From NCBI GenBank assembly GCA_035496715.1, contig DATJEK010000095.1, forward strand, positions 264 through 64,263: a DNA stretch of 64,000 nt, read 5' to 3'. Positions within the stretch are counted from its first letter, which is position 1. Each line of letters begins with the position of its first letter. Shown piece after piece: positions 41,893 to 52,600 of this stretch. The stretch is from Candidatus Eiseniibacteriota bacterium. GTDB lineage: Bacteria > Omnitrophota > Gorgyraeia > 2-02-FULL-51-18. The position numbers and the translations under genes are program-made. Under the pieces are notes generated by a model, which worked only from the letters and a program-made list of their open reading frames with translations, had not been told where the DNA came from and did no database searches.

Positions 41893-42120
41893 TTAGACTA
41901 TGAATATATAAATATATTTACTAAGAGACGCGAATAAAAAATACGCGCCAAAATAAACTCTCGAGGAGTCCATTTTTTACCTTATTTTGCCGTTTTCAGG
42001 GTTTGAAAATAGAGACCGATTTTACCCATGTCTATGCATGGCATAAGTTTACATGACCCCCTAGCGGGATGCAAAAAAATGTGAACTCGTAACACTAATA
42101 TATGCATAGACTTACAAAAA
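41893..42120 (-). promoter_or_regulatory. AT-rich intergenic region, likely promoter/operators of gene A
   Basis: Sharp AT enrichment against ~70% GC flanks; near-palindrome AATATATAAATATATT (41903-41918); inverted repeat arms 42030-42052 and 42089-42111. Confidence 0.55.
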
Positions 42121-42206
42121 AAGGAGGCTACGCCCCGGACGATGTGGGATCGGTGTTCTGGAACCCGGCGCCGTCAGGCGGCGGGACAGATTCGCGAGGC
42201 GTAGCC
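42116..42206 (-). terminator. Structured element / possible terminator after gene B
   Basis: 9-bp stem GGCTACGCC/GGCGTAGCC (42126-42134 with 42198-42206) enclosing smaller hairpins, followed on the minus strand by TCC-TTTTTTT. Confidence 0.45.
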
Positions 42207-42217
42207 CAGACTTTTCG

Positions 42218-43651
42218 TTATGCGGCAGACCCGACCGCTTTGATCGCGAACGCGGCCTGCTTGATCAAATCCACCAGTTTCTGGAGCGGCGGCAGCCAGC
42301 GGAAGATGCCGTTGCCGAGGTTTTCGAGTCCCGGCACGCCGGTCGTCTTGCCGTCCGACAGGCGCAGGCGCACGGCCACGTACGGCATGCCGTTGGCCGA
42401 CTTGGCGCCGGCGTTGAGCTGCAAAAGAAGGGGTTTGCGTTCCTGCTCGCCGGTCTCCCCCAGCTTCAGGTCCGTGCCTTCGCGCGCGACCATGATCCAG
42501 GGGTTGCGGTAAATTCCGTCGGCCTTCGCCAGCTGCGAGAGGTCGCTCAGGTTCGGGCGGAACACGAGCCGGCCCGGGAACGCCGCGGCTTCGGGATGCG
42601 CGGGAAGGCCCGCGGCCTCGTCGCCTTCGATGTATTTGCGCTTCAGCGTCTCTTCCGAAGCCAGCGCGGGGTCGAAAGCCGGATTCGTCACGACGAGCTG
42701 GTTCACGACGGCGAGCTGCTGGCCGGTGCGCCGGTTCATTTCCTCGATACGCGAATTCACCTCGTTCAACTGGCGCACGTAGTCCCATGAAAGCATGCTT
42801 TCGTGGGTCGCCACGACCGTCGTGCCCGCCAGGTTTTCGAGCGGAAGGTCCGCCGGATCGAGTCGCAGCGCCCTCTCGGTCCTCTCGAGGATCCGCTGTT
42901 TCGCCGCCGCGAACGCGGCCGAGAGATTCTCGAGCTTCTGCGCGAGCTCGAGGCCGTTGTCGGCGACGAGGTAATCGTTGGCCGCGGCGCCCGCGCGGAT
43001 GAGCTGAACGCGGGTCTCGGCGTCGGTCGGCGCCTCGAGCGCCGCGTCGAACCGTTTTTCGAAGTCGCCGAGGTCCGCCTGCCCCGCGATGAGGACCGGC
43101 CGCGCCGCGGAGATGACGGCCGCGCCCGAGAGCGCCCTCAGCTCGCCGTCCGCGGTGATCTCCAGCCGGACCGCCTGCGCGGCGGGCAGCGCGATCCCGG
43201 CGAGCTGCCGGCGAAGCTCCGCGACGGAGGCCAGTTTCAATTCGTCCAGAGTCCCTTTTTCGTTTTCGAACACGAACGCGATCGTCTCGAGGAGCCTGCC
43301 GGTGATTTCGCCGGCGACCGCGCGGGCTTCGGCGGCTTTTTCCTCGCGAAGGCGCAGCGCGTCCGCGAGCCTCGCCTCGAGGACGTCGGGCGCATTCACG
43401 GCGCTCTCGTCGACGAGCAGGTTGACGGGGGCGGACGCGGAGGCGGCGAATGCTTCCGCTCCGGTGACGGCGACGAACTTGAAATCCGTCTCGAGGCGCG
43501 CGGCGATCCGCGTGTCTTTCAGGGCTTCCGCGATCCGGCGGCTCTTCTCGCCAAGCTCGGCGGGGTTCGAGACGAGCGCCAGGACAATGGGCTCTTGTAA
43601 AAGAGTTGAAGAAGTGACGTCAAAAGAGGGGCCTCCGCCTCGGACTTCGGT
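42218..43651 (-). other. Gene B C-terminal domain, ending ...AFAIKAVGSAA
   Basis: Aligns by eye with the gene A C-terminal domain. Confidence 0.7.
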
Positions 43652-46600
43652 GGCGAGGCGCGCCCCGTCCGCTCTCTCGCGGATGACCCGGCGGGCCCGC
43701 CGCGTCGTCGCGACCGGCAACGTTACGCTCTGCCGGGGCAGCGCGGCGAGGACCGTCGAAAGAAGCTCGGCGACGGCGTCGCGGGTGTCCGCATGCACTC
43801 TCTGGCCCTCGAACGCGATGACGCCGATGAAGCCGCGGACCACGTCCGTCCAGAGATCCGACTCGGCGGGCACGGCGTCGGCGGCCAGCGACGTGAGGCG
43901 CTCGGCGGCGCGGCGCATCACCAGCGGCCGCTGGTTGTTTTCCAGCCCGTTCGAGAGTCTCGCGAAATAAAGGACGCGGTCCGACTGGATGCCGGCGATC
44001 GCGTCGATCGCCGCCAGGCGGATGTCGTCGGCCGTCTGGTTGGAAGGCACGCCCAGATCGGTCGCGCCGTTCAGGATCGTCACCAGCGGCTGGGTGGCGG
44101 AAGGATCCAGCTGGACCGCCGCCCCGATGTCGCGCACGGCTTCGATCGCGAAGATTCTCAGGGCCGGCCTTTCCTGCGGGGTCTGGGCCAGGCCCAGGAG
44201 CGCGGCCACCGCCTGCGGGGCCTCTCCGGGGTGGGTCGTGGTGACGCGCGTGACGACGCGGCGCAGCATGTCACGGCGGGTGGCGACCTGCGCGCCCCGG
44301 TCGCGGATGCTGAGGCCGTCGATCAGGTAATCGGGCCCCACGCCGGGCTGGGCCGGCACGAGGTTCTGCACGGCCGCGTAGGCCTCCGCGAGATGATTGG
44401 CGAACGTCCGCACGTGTCCGCGGCGGAGGCTCGGGAATCCGGCGGCGGCGGCCTGCACGGCGGCCGCGAACGCCGCCTGCGTCTCCGGGCGGACGGCGGC
44501 CGTCTGCGGGTTGACGGCGGTCGTGCGGAACGCCACGAAACCGTCCGGCGTGAAGCGGTCGCGGACGAGCCCGGTCGCCGCGAATTCGACGAGATAGTTG
44601 GCTTCGACGGGCAGATTGTCGCGGGTGCGGTTGCCCTGGTTCCAGGCGGTCTGCCGCGCCTCGAGCGTATTCAGGATCCCTTCCACGCGCGTGACGATGA
44701 CCGGCACTTCCTGCCAGAGCTCGGCGTCGTATCGCAGCGCCTCGCGGAGCTCGGCGAATTCGTCGAACGTCGAGAAGCGCAGCGCGCCCCGCGGCTGGGC
44801 GATCGCCGCTTCGGCCCTCGAGCGGACCGCGGCCGTGGCGTCCGACACCGGGGTCGCGATGTCCGGCTGGACCGGCAGATGCCTCAGGCTGCGGTACGCG
44901 ATGCCCAGCGACGTGCGAATGGCGCCGAGGTCCTCCCGCAGCCAGTCGGGCGCGATGCCGATGTTGCTCGTGACACGGTTCATTTCGGTCGCGCGGCGAA
45001 GCTCGCGGATCGTCGCGCCCAGATTCCGGCGGTAGGTCGCCGGCAGGGCGAACGGGACGCCCTCCTGCAGGCTGTCGGAGTAGACCGCCAGGAGCGTGGC
45101 GAAAGACCCGATCTCGTCATTGGCCCTCTGCTGGAACCGCTCGAGATAGCGGCGGAGGTATTCGCGGTGGCGCGGGCCCTGGTCCCCGAGCTCCAGACGC
45201 GCGTGTTCCAAACGGTAGTCGACGAGGCGCAGATTGAGGATGAGCTGGGCGAACGACGCGTACTGGAGCGCCCGGCGGTATTCGCGTTGGAGCTCCTCCG
45301 GCACGTGGGGCCCGGCCAGCTCGAGCTGCTGGATGACGCCCGCGATCTCCCTCGTTTCGGAGGTGCGCATGATGAGCTGCTGGGTCAGGTCGCGGCGGAA
45401 ATTCACGGTCCGGTTGATCGTGTCGATGTCCGCGATGACCCGGCGCGCGCTTCCCGAGGCGGCCTCGACCTCGCTCAGCTGGCGCGCGAAATCGCGCGTG
45501 AAATTGAGGAGGACCGGCAGGATCTGCGTCACGGTCGCCCCGCCCTCGTTGAGGATCGCCAGTCTCGCGCCCGCCACCGCGTCCCTGGCCCGGACGAGAT
45601 ACGGCGCGAGTTTCGCGTCGTCCTCCTGGGCGTCCGTGTCTTCCAGATAGGCCTTCACGACGTCCGCGGCGTTCCCCAGCTTGGCGGCATCTAGGTCGCC
45701 CGTGACGACCGCCGCTACGGGAGTCTTGTCCTCCATCGCCAGCATGAGGACCGTGAACGTGTTGTCCGCGCCCACCCGCTCTCCGGTGCCGACGTTCTCG
45801 ATCGAAAGCTCCGCTCCGCCCTTGCGCAGCTCCGCGGCGATCTTCACGAGCCGGCCGGCGGGGCCCATGTGGAGGCCGTTGGGATTGTTGAGCGCGGTCT
45901 CGCGCCGCTCCTCGGCGAGCCGGGCGCCCTGCGCGAGGGCCTGACGGATGCGAGTGGCCTTGTCGTTCAACGCGCGGGCTTTTCTCAGATCCTCCGCGAC
46001 CTCTCCCTGCGTCTCCTGGTCGAGCGAGGCGATGCCGGTGATCACCGCGGCCGTCTGCAAAAGCGTCCGGGTCAGAAGCGGGCGGATCTGGTCGCGCTTG
46101 GCGGAGTCCAGGCCTTTCAGCGCTTCGACGGAAAGATCGACGACGCTGCGGTCTTTTTCTTTTTTCTGCGGAAGGAGCGCGACGGCTTCCTTGAAAGCCT
46201 CCTGCGCCGACGTGAGCGGGGTCTTCACCTTGCGGTTCAATTCCTCGCTCCGGCGGGCCGTCTCGGCCGCCTCGAGCTTCGCGTCGCGGTGCCTCTTCAG
46301 GAGCACGTAGACGGCGGTCCCGCCGCCCAGGATGCCGACGGCGGCGATCACGTAGACGACGGCCGAGGTCTTCGCGGCCCCGACCGGCAAGGCCTTCTCG
46401 ACTTCGGCCTTCGTCTCCTCGACGACGACGGGCGGTTTTTCCTCCGCCTTTTTCGCCTCGGGTTCCTTTTTCTCCGCGGGTTCTTTCTTTTCTTCGGGCT
46501 TGGCCTTGGGCGCGGGCTTGTTGATGTCCAGACGCGCGTCGCCGCCGCGCCAGTACGCCAGAGGATCCCGCTCGAAGAACACGTACATCGACGCCATCGC

Positions 46601-49600
46601 CGTCACCCGCTCGTCGAGCGGAGGGATCCAGCCGAAGCCCGTGCCCTCCGCCTTTCTCCATCCGCCGAGGCCGGGGCCGGCGGCGTACGGGTTCGGACGG
46701 GTGTAGAGCCTCGTGCGCACCGACGCGAGGTCCTTGCGCAGCCCCTCGATGTCGTCGGCCGTCACGGATTCGGTCGGGTGGTTCAGATAACGGTCGATCA
46801 TGAGCGTCAGGACCGTGTCGGTCTCGCGCTCGGCGTCCTTGCCCCTGCGGGCGATGGCGGCGTTCCATTCGGGCGGGATCAGGGCGCTCGTCTCGTCGAT
46901 CACGCGGCCCTTGATCTGGTTCGTGTAGTCGAGGCCCGCCAGCGGGAGCTTGAGGCCGGCCGGACGATAGTCGGCGGTGCGTCCCGCCTTCTCGCGGATC
47001 GATTTCCACATCCGGAACGACGCGCCCTTTCCGAAGAGTTCGTCGATTTTCTCGACGCCCAGCGACAGGAGCGTCCACGTCCCGCCCGAATCCGTGGCGA
47101 ACTGGTTTTCGATCTCGAGGCGTTTGCGCGCCTGGTTCCAGAAGACGCCCATGTAGAGCGTGCCGTCCGCGGGGTTCAGCATGCCCTTCTGCGACTTCCA
47201 TTCCCCGCCCTCGGTCTGGACCCAGACCTCCTGCTCGCTCAGGAAGCGCAGGATCTTGTCCGCCGCGTCGGAATAGGCCTTGTCTTTCGTCAGGTTGAAC
47301 AGCGTGCGAAAGGCCGCGTAGGCCGACACGTTGTTCTCGGAATTGAGGTAGTAGTAAGCCGTGTCGTCGTTCTTGCCGGCGGCGGGATTGTACTGGCTGC
47401 GGGGGCCGTAGCGGACGCCGCCTTCGGTGGTCTGCAGGCGGAGCATCGCCTTGCCGAGCTTGTTCACGAGCGCGACGTACGCGCGGTTTTCAGGGGCGTC
47501 GACGCCGCCGTATTTCTCGATGTAACGCGAGGCCGCCATCGCCAGCCAGGCGTTGGGGCCCGTGTGCACGTTCCAGAACGACCATTCCTTCGTCCATCTC
47601 CCGGTGGCGTCGGTGAAATTGAAAATGTAATGCACGTCGGCGTCGAACGGCTCGAACGCGCCCTTGTTGTCGCGCGACGGATACGCGCCGAGCTGGAAGT
47701 CTCCGTAGCGGCCGCTGGCGTAAATGTCGAGGATGCGCTGGGCCGATTTCTGCTCGCCCTGCTCGGTCAGGATGAGGACGGCCAGCGCCGTGTCATACAG
47801 ACCCGACCCGCGGCGGATGATGAGCTCGTGGTCCTTGTTCTCGAACTTGATGCCGGAGACCGCGGGGACGTGGAACGTCGCGGGCAGGCCGTATTCGAAG
47901 CGGCCTTTCCGGTTGAAGCTCTGGGTCTCGATGAACGTGACGGCGTCCTTGGGGGTCTTGAGCGTGCGGATGACGCCTTCCTTGTCCTCCAGCACGTTCT
48001 GCGCGACGGCCTGGTTCAGGAAGGGGTTGATCGACGGCGGCAGGACGCTGAAGGAAAGAAGGGTGATCGCCAGGACCGCCGGACGCAGGAACCCGCCGAA
48101 GGTCCGCCCGAAAAACCGCACGGCCCTTTCCAGGAGCGACGGGCGCGAGGGGACCACGACCGGCGCGGCGGCGGAGGGGGTCTCGGCCGCCAGGCGCGCG
48201 CCCTTGACCTGCTGGTAATAGGAGCTTTCGTGGAGGCCGACCTTCACCCCCTTCTGCTCGAACGGCGTGAAGTCCAGGATCTGATAATCGTTGGCGCCCG
48301 GGGTCTTGCCGGGTCGGGCCATGAGCTCCGACCGGAACTGCGCGATCTCCGCTTCCACCGCCTGGCGGCTTTCGGCGCTGGGGTTCTTGAGGTAGAGCAT
48401 GAGCACGCCGCCGTGGCCGGCGCCGGCCGGCTTCGAGGCGACGATGAGGTCTTTCGCCTTCAGGCGCTCCGTGATGGTCTTCATCTCGGGCGTGATGAAG
48501 CCCTCCACGACGTCGTTGAACTGCGCGGCCTGGCGCTCGGCGAGCCGGAAGAGCTCGCGGATGTCGCCGCCGTGGCCGTCCTTCAGCCCCTGCAGCCAGC
48601 TCTCCGCGGCCTGCACGTCGGACTCTCCCTCGCGGAGGTTCTTCATGTAGTTTTCGTCGCGGCGCAGGTATCCGCGGATCAGCTGTCCGAGGACGTCCTT
48701 GGCCTCATGCCGCTCGGTGACGACGAGGACCGTGTGTTTCTGGATGTTCGAGAGGATTTCGGCTTCCCGCTCCTTGAGCGTGGCGTCCTTCTCGATCTGG
48801 TCGGCGAGCGTGCCGATGTCGCCGTCGATGGTGCTGAGCAGATGCAGGCCCGGCCAGGTGATCGCGTCCTGCCAGCCGCCGAGCGACTTCAGGCGGACTT
48901 CGAGGAACGAGCCCAGGAGAGCCAGCTCTTCCTTCGTCAGGCCTTCCGAGCGGCCGCTGACCCGGAGAAGCCCGTTGATGAAGAAGCTCGCCAGCATGAC
49001 GCTCCCGCCCAGGCCGGTCCGCGGCGGGATGTTGGTCACCAGTTCCACCGTCATGTCGAGCTGCTTGTCTTTCAGGTAGTTCTGCGGATTACGGGCGCCG
49101 TCCGGAATGAAACCCGTGGCCCGCAGCGCGTCGAGGAAATATTTGGCCTGCGGGTCCTCGTCCGGGCCGAGCTCGGCGACCGACTCGGCGTCGTACACGT
49201 GCGTGTATTCGGCGGTCGTCTCTTCTCGGACCGAGCCGTCCGGCTGCTCCGTGAATTTCTTGTACGTGCCCTTGTAGCTGACCCGTCCGCCGCCCGATTC
49301 GCTTTCGCGGACCGAGATCTTGAGCTCGTAGGCGGGCCGCGCCTTGCTCGGCTGGGGCTTCTGCCCCGCGGGGGCGCGCTTTCCGCCCGTCAGAAGGTTG
49401 GCCTGGAAATTCAGCACCTTTTGCGGATGCGTCGCCGAGCCGGCCCGGGAAACCAGGTCGCTGGCGAGGATGTGGAGGAGGTCGAGACGGAACGACGTGC
49501 TGAACTCGTACACCTTGCTCGTCCCCTGCCCTTCCATCTCGATCGGGCGGTAGAGACGCTCCGCGTAGGGCGCGAGCTTGGCCTCCATGTACTGGAGGAG

Positions 49601-52600
49601 GCTCGCCATCACCTTCTGCCAGTAGAACTCCGACAGCTTCTGCTGGTTGGCGCCGGTGAGAGACTTCTCCTGCGGGTAATACGGAATCGGCAGCTCCCAT
49701 CCTCTCGGGATCCCCAGGACGCCCTCGCGCCCGTCCTGATCGTAGATGTCGGACAAAAGCTGGTAGGCGCGCGCCTTCTGCATGAAGATCGGGGCGTTGG
49801 CCGGGACGACCGGCGTCGGACGGTCGACGAAATCGCGCAGAGCCTGCGCGATCTCCTTGACGTCGGCCTGGGTCACACCGCGCAGGAGCTCGTGGTTGGA
49901 AACGTCGAGATCGCGCTCGATGGCGTCGAACACCGCGGGCACCTGGGCGCCCGTCGTCCGCGTGGCCGCGAGGGCCCCGTTTTCCTTCTCCCCGGCCTGC
50001 CAGCGGATCTGATGGCCGCCGAACCACTGCGGCCCCTGGTGGGACGGGTCGATGTGGCGGGTCGTCACGAACGTGCCCTGGTAAGTCTGGGTGCCCGCCT
50101 CGTAGGGAACGAAGCCGGCGCTGACGCTGAACACGTACTCGGTCCCGTTGTCGGTGATGTCGTCGACTTTCGCCTGCCGGAACGCCCAATCCCTGCCCTC
50201 GATCCCGTAGTGCAGGTAGAAGGGCGAGACCGTCCGGAAGATCTCGACGTCTTTCACGGCCGATTTGAGAATGCGGATCTGCGTCTTGAAAACGATCTGC
50301 CTCGTGTGGAGGTCGAGGGTGACTTCCGGGATGCGCTTGGCGCGGTCGGCCTCGCGGGGGACGACGGCCCACAGGTCGTCCGCGTCGTCGGCCCAGGCGG
50401 CGGTCTGCACCGTCTGGGAAAGACGCGCCCCCGCCGGCACGCTGACCGGGACGCCGATGTGCCAGCCGGGCGGCAGCTGCTGGTACGGGTCCCCTTTGAT
50501 CAGGTGGCTGCCCGGGTGCTCGCGGTCGTAGGTGCGGCGGCTCTCGGAGAGCGGCGCATAGTGCGCGGGCCGGATCTCGAGCACCTGGAAATGCGTGCTG
50601 TCGGGATAGAAATCGTCGACCTTGTAGCGGCTGTTGAAATCGTCCCGCACCCCGAGGGACTCCAGGTCCGTCACGGCGAGCCAGGCCTTGCCGTCGATGT
50701 GGACGGGGTGGTTCGCGAAATGGAACGGGATCGTCACGTGCCGTCCGCCGGCGAGCGTCTTGGAAAGGACGATGGCCGTCTGCGGCTGGCTCTGGTGGAC
50801 GTGGAAGTCCGCGCCGCCGATCACCGGTTTGAGCGCGTTCAGCCGCGCGAAGACTTCCGGATTCCAGTCCTCGATGACCGAGAGGTAATCCGGGTACAGC
50901 GCGGTGATGAGCGCCATCACGGCCGGCACCGCTTCGCCGAAGCGCTCGGCGGCCTCTTCCGGCTTCAGGCGGACCAGCTGGCGGAGAAAATTCCGGAACC
51001 CCTGCGCGGGATTGGCGCTGTTGCGGATCTCGCGGATGCGGCGGCCCAGGAGCGCCGTCGGCAGCTCGCGCCCGTCGATGAATTCTTCGTTGATCGCCGC
51101 CTCGACGAAACGCGTCGCGTCGTCCCGGTCGATCTCCGAAACGCGCTGGAATTCGCCGTCGGCGGCCTGCGGGACCATCCGCAGGACCTGGAAATGCGTG
51201 ACGCCCAGCGGCAGACCCTTGCGCGCGAGCTTCTGCAGCGTGTGGGGCGGGTACGTGCGGCCCGAAATCACGTTGTACGCCGCGTAAATCTGGGGCTTGC
51301 CGGTCCCCTCGAAGGCCTCGGGCCCGAGCACCGCCCGCACGCCCTCGGGATAAAGCGTCGCCCGCGCCTTCGTCGCCGAAACGCTCTTGTAGATGAATTC
51401 CCTCCAGTTGACCGAGACGATCATCCGCTCGCCGTCGATGACGGCCGCGTACGCCTTCAGGTTGCTCGAGGTGGTCTGCAGGGGGGTCGTGTTCTTGTCG
51501 AGGTAGCGGATGAGGTTTTCCCGCATGCGGATGTCGTGCATGTACTCCTCGAGCGACTCGCGCGTGTCCCCGTCCCCTTCCTTGTAGCGCAGCAGGAGCT
51601 GCCAGGCGAGCTGGGCCGCGAGCTTGTCGACGAGCTCGAGCGCCATGAAATTGAGCTGAACCTTGCGTTCGGCGTCCGCGCCCCTGGCTTCGGCGGCCAG
51701 GCGCTCGATCTCCTCGGCGAAGGGTTTCAGCGACTCGCCGCCGTCCTTGAGGAGATTTTGGCGGATGAAATGGAAGATGTCTCCGTCGGGGCTGGCGGTC
51801 GTGTTGTTCGCGTGGTACTCGACGCTCGCGTAGGCGTTGTAGCCCTTCGTGCGCAGCCAGCGGATCGAATCGACGAATCCGAGGAAACCGGGCCGCTCCT
51901 GGCCGGACTCGAGGAGCGCGCGGCCCTGCGGGTCGGCGGGATTGGCCCAGTGGAAGCCGTTTTCGTTGAAGAACACCTTCTGGAGATCCTCGGTCTGCTT
52001 CTGCCTGGCCGGGACGGTCGTCGGATTGAGCGACGCGAAGAGCGCCTTCTCGCCGTTGCGCTGCGCGATGGCCTCCTCGAGGAGCCTCGCGTGCGCCCGG
52101 GCCTGGCTGCGCTCCATGTCCACCTTGTAGGAAGAAGCCCAGACCGCGTACTGCGTGGCGCGGCGAGTCTCGGGCGCCGAGTAATCGCGCTTCAGGCCTT
52201 TCAGCGCCTGGAGCAGCCCCCGGCCGGCGACCGACGAAGGACGGCGCCCGCCCCCGCGCTCGCGGCTCTTCTCGGAGTCGTTGTATTCCACGAGCTCGCC
52301 GTTGGGCATGACCCATTCGCCGCTGTTGAGTTTCTGGCGCAGCTGGTCGTGGGTGACGGGTTTTCCGTCGTTGTGGGTGAACACGTTGATCACGGGCCCC
52401 AGCCCGTCCGGAGCCGCCGGGTCCGCCTCGTGGATCGTGAAGATCTCCGGCATCGCGCCGCCCCACACGCCGATGTATTTGGCGAAATTGAGCGCCGCCT
52501 TCATCATGCTCGTCGCGGACGCCTCGAGGAATTCGTCCGAAAGCATCACGGTGCCGGCCATCGCCTGGAAGATCACCGGCGCCTCGTCGACGTTGTAGTT

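Noticed and set aside
928-41892. Giant ORF as NRPS/PKS, RTX/MARTX or RHS toxin, or as a stop-codon-reassignment artefact
   Set aside because: No A/C/KS, GGxGxD or YD repeats are seen. The ORF is open in the standard code, TGA and TAA terminate genes normally here, and junctions are marked by a consistent peptide.
1552-41937. Very long plus-strand ORFs (2407, 2812, 2580, 2587, 1211, 1127 aa) opposite gene A
   Set aside because: They are codon-register antisense shadows of a GC-rich gene: no domain motifs and a skewed R/G/V/E/D composition.
42102-42788. Small ORFs overlapping the intergenic region and gene B end; tRNA or SRP RNA reading of the 42116-42206 structure
   Set aside because: The ORFs have no motifs and overlap gene B. 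The structure lacks tRNA T-loop/anticodon geometry and the SRP GGAA-loop consensus.
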